From the NCBI GenBank assembly GCA_031278655.1, contig JAITJZ010000010.1, positions 5,881 through 69,880 on the forward strand: a DNA stretch of 64,000 nt, written 5' to 3'. The position numbers and the translations under genes are program-made. Below the pieces are notes generated by a model. It saw only the letters and a program-made list of their open reading frames with translations. It made no database searches and was not told the DNA's origin. Positions 55,401-61,446 of the stretch are shown here, one piece after another (within the stretch, counting starts at the first letter, position 1; each line of letters starts with the position of its first letter). The stretch comes from Bifidobacteriaceae bacterium. Lineage in GTDB: Bacteria; Actinomycetota; Actinomycetes; Actinomycetales; WQXJ01.

Positions 55401-55607
55401 CAACCCACAGCGACCTGGGTTCGCTACATCCATCAGGTGCAAGCCACCTGGATGGACCCCTTGGCCTGCTCTTATTGCTTCCCCAATGGGGGTTCTGCGA
55501 TCGAGTTGCCACTGGCCGAGCCGGGCAAGTCCCCGGTTGTGCTGTCGCAACTGTTTGGCCGCAAGCCTCAGCCGCCAAGCGCCCTTCGAGCGGATTCGCC
55601 GCGATGA
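52443..55607 (+). CDS. Island gene A: large cytoplasmic protein with GHKL (Bergerat-fold) ATPase motifs and a degenerate PRTase-like C-terminal module
   Basis: 1054 codons. AAGAGG sits 6 nt before ATG 52446 (GTG 52443 is also possible). N-box-like LLQLAENVVVHAG (aa 276-288), G1-like LADRGASGV (407-415), G2-like NHYGLALFDSL (460-470), closing strand GTRYSLLIPL (513-522). C-terminal CCVIGYETYSEMLV...KLVYLVPISTTMSTFRKM...CSYC. No TM segment. Confidence 0.85.
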   Translation: MMTDPVYEIDGSARSYFEALSEFDRRNLDSSAIPTFKVRVTNATVLNLVHLFSWLQDRDGANAVQQCRLEVVLDPADPEPYALAARVAALLGSEEWIRRIDNWDTAEHAGRTRRILPMISINEDTYQALADPVRKLIGQSNGSEAFKIVPEAPPKSDKKNESFPRFALPEGLDSSVAAVIEVCGRLLFMIGSGDKAESRRRVEYKRKVLLKQDEVGREVFRRTADWPLLAFLLWTAFDKAVDIAECDEPKPSPLEGRWLERLAQLEPDVLDISDGLLQLAENVVVHAGPDTSEGRAKGRGVLALRVHSRKGEWRDGPLGELYPNYFLGRDRRRMINAWREPNSGEDWLRDLSSDDLLDRESHHLGGAVQPSSPEEPEEPEWWLRNRAERASRESRRGQVQQYLEVRLADRGASGVAATFRERTENADLKSIGDLRGFFDPTAKQREDWRTFSGTPVNAVNHYGLALFDSLLSGLDGSLGVASRSPDDACDMYSSSGDDPDQGGDGASTAASLGTRYSLLIPLRMRLSQAAPLAHHAHVDLRLPADEEAEPLCVETVGAADWKSFRGTLEGCSPSSPQTKIGHVESVSGSAVGATVNWGVEPRIAVFDASTLSGYQLEVLCKAILLWLRGRSTTHVAIRVRDEHQLRVLVRLLVVFFDRDGQNAALEGSQLYLVGPQPGDEWWLPGTHLGDAVAAQLKLSAARSVGGTLTSPLTDELTRMLARHPGASRASAAPQTVRYEPFDLKVSAAPNSPETLFDRVARKVLEADIQDPSGPGCRLGDTHVRIGSKVHLGTFYEAELLFGNHYYVDRYAWLVRRALKFPELPEDEVAAVGQDDACCVIGYETYSEMLVRRVIQPREFADKQWIYGTLEADGDRMRLRGLEAISREPWNPEMKLVYLVPISTTMSTFRKMDNEVRRWFAQTWPNCGHELPKPICITVIHVRSGSGAQGSNLEQEFFTQPNSDMKLVKLQELIQLKPRKPRKPRKPQPTATWVRYIHQVQATWMDPLACSYCFPNGGSAIELPLAEPGKSPVVLSQLFGRKPQPPSALRADSPR
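55368..55401 (+). repeat. 9-bp tandem repeat (aaaccccgg x3.8) encoding KPRKPRKPRKP inside gene A
   Basis: Direct reading: aaaccccgg at 55368, 55377 and 55386, plus aaacccc at 55395. The period is a multiple of 3. Confidence 0.9.
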
Positions 55608-58600
55608 GCGCTCCCACCCAAGGCGGGCCGCTGGGCGGCCACCCCAATTGGCTGTTCGGTCTCAAACCGAACGCAACGCCACCAGATCGATGCAATAACG
55701 ATGCGCTGGTACGCGACGCCCTGTCCGACGTGTGCTACGGCCACCTGCGCTTGGGCCAGAACGACTTCGAGTTCGCGCTGAACATGGGCGCCTTTTTCAG
55801 CCACAACGAGCCCCGTGTCAGGGCTTGGCTCTCCCAGATCAGCAGCCCAGATCCGAAGCGGCCGCCAGACGGGCAAGCGTTCAACGTCCTGGTTTCGCCG
55901 CTGACGTCACGAAATGCCGCGTTTGTGGCCGCCGTCAACGAGGAGGTCTTCAAGGGCGCTGCCCAAGTGGTCGGCGTGGATGTCGAGGCCGAGTTCAAGG
56001 ATTCTTTCGCCGTCAGGTACGCCGATTTGCGCGCCCTTCGGAGAGACTTGGAAGGGACCGGGCTGAGGCTCGTCCTACATTACGTCGACGACGCCACCGT
56101 CCGCGGCCTCAGCCTGTTGCGCTTGCGCTCGCTGGTGACAGAGCTGTTCGGCGACCGGCGTCACGGCGGCGGCGAAGATTCCCAGAGGGCTGGGGCGCAG
56201 GTGTTTCATTCGGTGTTCGTGCTGGTGGACCGTTGGTCGCCGAACACCTGGAGGAATCTGCTCCAAGACTTCGATCCCCTGGTGCACAGCTACCTCGACA
56301 TCTGGGCGCCCCATCTCAACACGTTTACCAGCGTCTGTCCCGTGTGCCAGGTCAACGATCACCTGCACAAGGCCGAGGACGGCTGTGCAACGGCCCTGCT
56401 GGCGGGGGAAATCCGCTCTCTGCGGATGCGCGAGACGGAGCCGATCCGCTTTGACCGACTGATCGCGCATCAAGCCGAGCCCGCACAGGACCGCGGCGCC
56501 GCGAAGCCCAGGCTCATCCGTTGCTCGAATGGGCAACCTATGCCGGAGCCGGTCCCGGATAGCTGGAAGGGAAGACAAGAGGTCGGCCGTCGCCGCCTGT
56601 GGTGGCGACACCTGCTCACCTACGGGCTGAGACATCTCGGCAGCGAGCCGTTCGTGTCCGGCTCGGACCAGAGCGGCGGTGAGGTTTGGGAGAAGGACCT
56701 GATCAATTGCCCGTCGATCGTCGCCGCCTATCTGATCACAAAGCTGGACCAGATCGCTCGCGGTCGGCCGAGCGAAGTCCCGGGGACACCTGCGGAGCTT
56801 CCCGTCGATCATTTCGCGGCCGCAATCTGGGCCGCCACCACTGGCGAATTGGCGGACCGAAAGTCGGTCCGAGAGGCCGCGTTGGCCGTTGTCAACGGGC
56901 TGATCTTGACCCTGCTAAAGCCTCCGAGAGGTAATGGCGACTGGGCGGCGCCCCCGGCGCCGGGATGGACGGAGGAGCCAGTCCTGGCACAGGTCCAATC
57001 AGCCCGTGAGCAGATGCAGAACCGATGGGCACGCCTGGTCAAGGCACTGGATGGCTTGGCCAAGCAAAAAGAATTCGACCGTTCAATGAGCGACACAACG
57101 GCGTGGGAGAGCCTGCTGCGCTGCCTGATGCGAGCCACTTCAGAATTGGGCGGCACATTGCTGCTTCGTCGGGACACGATGATCCGGGTCTTCGCTTGCG
57201 GAGCCAGCCGCGGCGTGAATCTCCAGCGGCTGATGACCTACTACGTCTACTGCCTGAAGCTGCTGACAAGTCGCGGCCCGGATCGCGCCAAGTCGGCGTT
57301 TCTCGACTACCTGCTGCTCTCAGGGAGCGAAGTCCAGGGCAAGCCGACGAGTTTGCCGTCGCCGCAGGTCCCCTCCAGGACGGTTGGTCAACAGTTTGTC
57401 GATGCTCCGAGCAACAGGTTGGCTATTCCGGATGACATCAAGGCGCGGCTTGCCGAATTCGTGGACTTGGCCTACATCGAGAACACGAAGTGCCTGGAGG
57501 CAGTCATCGATGACATGGGGCCGCTCAGCGCTGGCCAGCCGTCAGAGGCAGATGGGCACGAATACCTGCCGGAGTACTCAGCCGAGTGCCTGACCGGGTG
57601 GCGTTGGCAGGCGGGCTCCGGGCCGGATCTAAACCAGGCGCATGAACTGGCTAGATTGCTCCGGGAGACGGCAGACCTCGTCAGCCCAAACCACCACTCT
57701 GACCCACACAGCGCTTACGACCGGCCGCTTTCCAAGTTGAATGAGCTGTGGGCGTTCTGCCTGGGAAAAGAGTCCGCCAAGTGCGAGGCGCTGCTCGCCC
57801 TGGAGACCCCCGAAGACACGCTCGCGCTGTCCAGCCTGGAGACGGCGCCGATCAGTGCCGGGAGTGCTCAGCCCGCATTCGTCTTGCCGTCATCCGCTTA
57901 CACACAATATGAAGTTGAGCTTGAAGAGAAACCTCGGCATGTCACTTTGGGCCAGTCTGGCGTGGCCCATGAGGTCTGCGCGGTTCAACAATTGGCGCAA
58001 GAAGCCAAAGTCTTCGAGGCAACGTGGCAGGGGACGATTTCCAGTGGGGGCCCTGTTGTTGGCCTGGGGCGGCAGCCCGTTGACGCGGGCGCCGGCACCC
58101 GTCCTTCGATTGTCTTCGGTTTGTCGGCGGCGCAGGAGTCGCAATACCCCGAGGCATACTGCCTGATCAGGCTCGGTTTGACTCCTGACCGCGGCGGCTC
58201 CACGGAGGCAACTCTATTTCTGCACGCGGGGCTCGAGAATGATGAAAAGGTGGACGCGGCCAAGCTGATGAACGCCGTCAGGATCGTGGCCATATTTAGA
58301 GGCAGAATGCTGGACAGACTCCGCTCCGAACAGCGGCGCGGTGTCCTTGACTCTGTCATCACAGGAAAGCTGATCGAGCAGGCTTACGTAAAACAGGGCG
58401 CTCTGGATCACGGTCAGCCGTCTGACAACATCGGGCAGACAACGGGCCTAGCCAAGTACATTGAAGAAGACACAAAGTTCGGTCTTGGCGGGGACGGCCC
58501 CGGCGGCCGGAAGGCCTACGCGCAGGCGCTGAGTGGATACGTCAACTCAGGCATAGCTCAACTCAACCGAGCTGTGGTCATCTATCGGTCGAGGTCCTCA

Positions 58601-59281
58601 ACCACGAGCCCGCAATCCGGTTCGCTCTCCGGTCTGCTCGAGTCGCTCGGGCCAAAGTTTGCCGCCGCCCTGCCGCCCCGCGCCGACCATACACTGACGA
58701 GGATCCTGAGCGCCTGTCGGTCCCTGCCGGGACTCCAGGATCAATCCAAACTGTGGTTGGGTCGTCCCCTCACGAAGGAGCGGCAGGAGGCCGTGGAAGC
58801 GGACGGGGACAGGGTCACGTCATGGATCAACAAGGTGTCAGGAGAGTTCTCGCTTCGGCAAGTCCCCAACTCCGATGGCGATCTGAAGTTGGTTCTCACC
58901 GACCTGGTCCACGTCACCGTCGTGGCCAGCCTGGTTGACAGCGCCGCCCGCCACGGCGCCGGACCGATTCTCGTGGAGGTGGATGAGCACGGATACCTCT
59001 ATGTCACCAACCAAGTCCGCGATGACTTCGACCTTGAATCGATCAGGCGGGGGTTGGCGAGGGACGCCGGCATCTCGCTGCCGGCGGTCGCCGACCTGTT
59101 CTACGAGTCTTCGGGGGATGATAGGAATACCACCGCAGCACATGGACAGCCACGGGGTGTTCGTATAGCATTCGCCGAAGGGCGCCCACCGCCGCCAGTG
59201 AGCTGGCCTGGGAGGCAGCATGACCTGCAAAGTAATAAGTGGCTGAGCGTGGGGGTGCCGCTTTTCCAGCGGTCGACCTGA
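55604..59281 (+). CDS. Island gene B: PRTase-like N-terminal module, long helical body, degenerate histidine-kinase-like ATPase C-terminus
   Basis: 1225 codons from ATG 55604 (ATGA overlap with the gene A stop). PRPP-loop-like LRLVLHYVDDATVRGLSLL (aa 154-172) then CPVC (245-248). C-terminal LVHVTVVASLVDSAARHGAG / ILVEVDEHGYLYVTNQV / AGISLPAVADLF / GVRIAF...WLSVGVPLF follows the N, G1, G2 order of HATPase domains, but the key Asn and Gly residues are replaced. Confidence 0.85.
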   Translation: MSAPTQGGPLGGHPNWLFGLKPNATPPDRCNNDALVRDALSDVCYGHLRLGQNDFEFALNMGAFFSHNEPRVRAWLSQISSPDPKRPPDGQAFNVLVSPLTSRNAAFVAAVNEEVFKGAAQVVGVDVEAEFKDSFAVRYADLRALRRDLEGTGLRLVLHYVDDATVRGLSLLRLRSLVTELFGDRRHGGGEDSQRAGAQVFHSVFVLVDRWSPNTWRNLLQDFDPLVHSYLDIWAPHLNTFTSVCPVCQVNDHLHKAEDGCATALLAGEIRSLRMRETEPIRFDRLIAHQAEPAQDRGAAKPRLIRCSNGQPMPEPVPDSWKGRQEVGRRRLWWRHLLTYGLRHLGSEPFVSGSDQSGGEVWEKDLINCPSIVAAYLITKLDQIARGRPSEVPGTPAELPVDHFAAAIWAATTGELADRKSVREAALAVVNGLILTLLKPPRGNGDWAAPPAPGWTEEPVLAQVQSAREQMQNRWARLVKALDGLAKQKEFDRSMSDTTAWESLLRCLMRATSELGGTLLLRRDTMIRVFACGASRGVNLQRLMTYYVYCLKLLTSRGPDRAKSAFLDYLLLSGSEVQGKPTSLPSPQVPSRTVGQQFVDAPSNRLAIPDDIKARLAEFVDLAYIENTKCLEAVIDDMGPLSAGQPSEADGHEYLPEYSAECLTGWRWQAGSGPDLNQAHELARLLRETADLVSPNHHSDPHSAYDRPLSKLNELWAFCLGKESAKCEALLALETPEDTLALSSLETAPISAGSAQPAFVLPSSAYTQYEVELEEKPRHVTLGQSGVAHEVCAVQQLAQEAKVFEATWQGTISSGGPVVGLGRQPVDAGAGTRPSIVFGLSAAQESQYPEAYCLIRLGLTPDRGGSTEATLFLHAGLENDEKVDAAKLMNAVRIVAIFRGRMLDRLRSEQRRGVLDSVITGKLIEQAYVKQGALDHGQPSDNIGQTTGLAKYIEEDTKFGLGGDGPGGRKAYAQALSGYVNSGIAQLNRAVVIYRSRSSTTSPQSGSLSGLLESLGPKFAAALPPRADHTLTRILSACRSLPGLQDQSKLWLGRPLTKERQEAVEADGDRVTSWINKVSGEFSLRQVPNSDGDLKLVLTDLVHVTVVASLVDSAARHGAGPILVEVDEHGYLYVTNQVRDDFDLESIRRGLARDAGISLPAVADLFYESSGDDRNTTAAHGQPRGVRIAFAEGRPPPPVSWPGRQHDLQSNKWLSVGVPLFQRST

Positions 59282-59321
59282 AAATGAAGAGATTTGTGAT
59301 TTGACAGATTGAGAGAAAACC

Positions 59322-59948
59322 ATGACCGAAAATCAGCCGTCATTCGTTGTAATTGATGACGATCCCGGGCAGGCTGAGCGAATCATGGCCCGGCTGAGCG
59401 ACATTTACCCTGGAGCGACGCCGGTCCGAGTCACTCCCAGCGGCGACACACAATCTCTCGACCGCGGCAACACGATTCCCAGGTCGGATGAGGATGCTCA
59501 GGGCTACGTGCCTGGCAGCACCAACTGGACGCGGTTCATTGAGTCCTTGAACACACTGGCCAGTGGGAATGGCGTCGGTGAGACCTTCGTCATAATCGAC
59601 ATGGTTCTAAATAAGAGCGATCAGAAGGCGTTCACCAATGAACTCAGAACCGGATTCGGCGTCTGGTATCCAAGAGCCGTGGTCGAGATCGTGGCCGCGC
59701 TGTTGAAGGACGGCGCGCAGAATCCTCCATGGATTGTCTTGACAAGTGCCTACCTCGGGTTTCACCCGCGTAACCTCGCTGATCGGCTCCGTGCGCTGAA
59801 GCCCCCTCCCGGCGGTGGAGATGATCAGATCTGCTGGATGCCTTTAGTCATGTTCACGCAGGCGAGCTGGTACTCTGACGCAGAGGTTAAGATGCACCTC
59901 CAGGGCCATCTTGGCCGCGTGTTTCAACCCGACCCGGTAAACAGTTGA
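59322..59948 (+). CDS. Island gene C: stand-alone CheY-like receiver (REC-like) protein with insertions
   Basis: 208 codons. SFVVIDDDPGQAERIMARL (acidic pocket), ETFVIIDMVL (candidate phospho-acceptor D93), PWIVLTSAY (T141/S142), LRALKPP (possible conserved K160-P). Confidence 0.75.
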   Translation: MTENQPSFVVIDDDPGQAERIMARLSDIYPGATPVRVTPSGDTQSLDRGNTIPRSDEDAQGYVPGSTNWTRFIESLNTLASGNGVGETFVIIDMVLNKSDQKAFTNELRTGFGVWYPRAVVEIVAALLKDGAQNPPWIVLTSAYLGFHPRNLADRLRALKPPPGGGDDQICWMPLVMFTQASWYSDAEVKMHLQGHLGRVFQPDPVNS

Positions 59949-61258
59949 CCGCCGCCGCAATGGCTGCGAACAGGTCGGCGGGCGCCCAGTTCGCGGATGC
60001 GGCAATGGCTGCGGTCTTGGACAAAGCGTTCAGGCCGGCCGTGCCGAGGCTCTTCCACTACACCACGCTCGACACCATGTGGAAGATCCTTGAGGGTCAG
60101 GAGCTGTGGGCCACGCACGCGCGATTCTCGAACGACGCTCAAGAAGTCGAGTTGGGCAAGAAGTTGTTGCTCGGCGGCACGAAAACCGATTCCGTGGATG
60201 AGCTGTTCAACCCGTTCGTGGTCTGCCTGTGCGAGAACGGTGACCTCCTCAGCCAGTGGCGGGCGTACGCGCGTGATGGCGTGGCGATCGAGTTGGCGTT
60301 CCCGCCGAGTTCAACAGTCAGAATTATCAAGGATCAGGATCAGGATCAGAAGGTCACCGGAGAGATCGACGGTCTGAGGCCGTACAGAGTGTTCTACGGC
60401 GATGCGGCAGTGTTGAACGATTCCGATCAGACGCACATCGCCGACAGCCAGATTGTGATTTCGTCGGCCGCGGTGACAGGGGACGGCGGGAGCGTCATCA
60501 AGGTAAGTGAACTCGGCGAAAGAGTCAGGAGTGCGGCTGAGACCGGCGGACTCTCAGAGGACGATTTGCTCAAAGCGCTGCTTCCGTACGTCAAGAGCAG
60601 CGGTTTCAAAGAAGAGAGCGAGTGGCGATTGGTCGTCGACCTGTCCCTCCCGGACTTCGCAAGGTTTCGCCAGGCGATCGGCTACCAGGACAACCCAAAT
60701 TTGCCGTCAACGAGGCGACCCTATTTGCGGTTGAAGTATGGGGCCGCCGGGTCCGGCGCCGATGGCGTCACAGTCGATGTCCCGCAGAAGGTCAGTCGTG
60801 CCTGGTCAGACTTTCAGCGTAAGACAGGCACGACGAAAGCGACTGGGCTCAAGAAGGAAGTGCTGCGCGAGTTGGGGAAACTGGGACCGCCGGTCAAGTT
60901 TCGGACACCTCCCGGCTATGGGCGACGCTCGGGCGACGAGACCTATGACATCTCGATCATCACGGAAAACGCCAAAGACGCGGAGGCGGTGTTCGAAGCT
61001 GTTGGGGCGGCGCTGTTGCCGCTCACCAGCGAGAGCCTGGGCGGCGAGGCCACCGACCCGGCGCTTGGCAACAAGGTCAACGTCTGGTGGGGCAACGTCT
61101 GGCCCATCCGTTCGATCCGAGTCGGACCGCACCCGAGGATCGACGAGGTGAAAGAGGCGATCACGCACTATTGCTCGACTCAGTGGTGGATTCGGCAGGT
61201 CAAGGTCGTCGGATCGAGCATTCCGTACCGTCCGCCGCGCAGGCAGGCCGGAGAGTGA
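59945..61258 (+). CDS. Island gene D: DUF2971-like protein
   Basis: 437 codons. TTG 59945 overlaps the gene C stop (TTGA); an ATG alternative lies at 59960. RLFHYTTLDTMWKILEGQELWATHARFSNDAQE, FVVCLCENGDLLSQWRAYARDGVAIELAF and KSSGFKEESEWRLVV follow the DUF2971 motif order. Confidence 0.8.
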   Translation: MTAAAMAANRSAGAQFADAAMAAVLDKAFRPAVPRLFHYTTLDTMWKILEGQELWATHARFSNDAQEVELGKKLLLGGTKTDSVDELFNPFVVCLCENGDLLSQWRAYARDGVAIELAFPPSSTVRIIKDQDQDQKVTGEIDGLRPYRVFYGDAAVLNDSDQTHIADSQIVISSAAVTGDGGSVIKVSELGERVRSAAETGGLSEDDLLKALLPYVKSSGFKEESEWRLVVDLSLPDFARFRQAIGYQDNPNLPSTRRPYLRLKYGAAGSGADGVTVDVPQKVSRAWSDFQRKTGTTKATGLKKEVLRELGKLGPPVKFRTPPGYGRRSGDETYDISIITENAKDAEAVFEAVGAALLPLTSESLGGEATDPALGNKVNVWWGNVWPIRSIRVGPHPRIDEVKEAITHYCSTQWWIRQVKVVGSSIPYRPPRRQAGE

Positions 61259-61446
61259 CGCGCTCCAACCGAGTCGTTGGGCGGCCCGCCCCGGCGCCGG
61301 GGACGCGGCGATGGTCACAGTTTGATTGCGCCAGCGCGTGACGCTGGCGCGGGGTGGTAAACTCGCCGAGCCGTCTTCGTGGCCTCGCGGCCGCTCGGGC
61401 GGCGTGTCCTGTCCGTTTCTATAACCAAAGACGAGTCTTACATTCT

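Noticed and set aside
59282-59321. Perfect TTGACA (59301-59306) in the AT-rich B/C spacer as an internal promoter
   Set aside because: No acceptable -10 hexamer lies 16-18 nt downstream, and that position falls on the gene C start codon region. More likely it is just spacer with a weak GAGAG ribosome-binding site.
52310-61446. Mobile-element hallmarks for the island (integrase, tRNA target, flanking direct repeats)
   Set aside because: No integrase or transposase ORF and no tRNA. Comparing the two flanking intergenic regions by eye gave only 6-7-nt chance matches (gcgtgac, gtgtcc). Horizontal origin rests on composition and context only.
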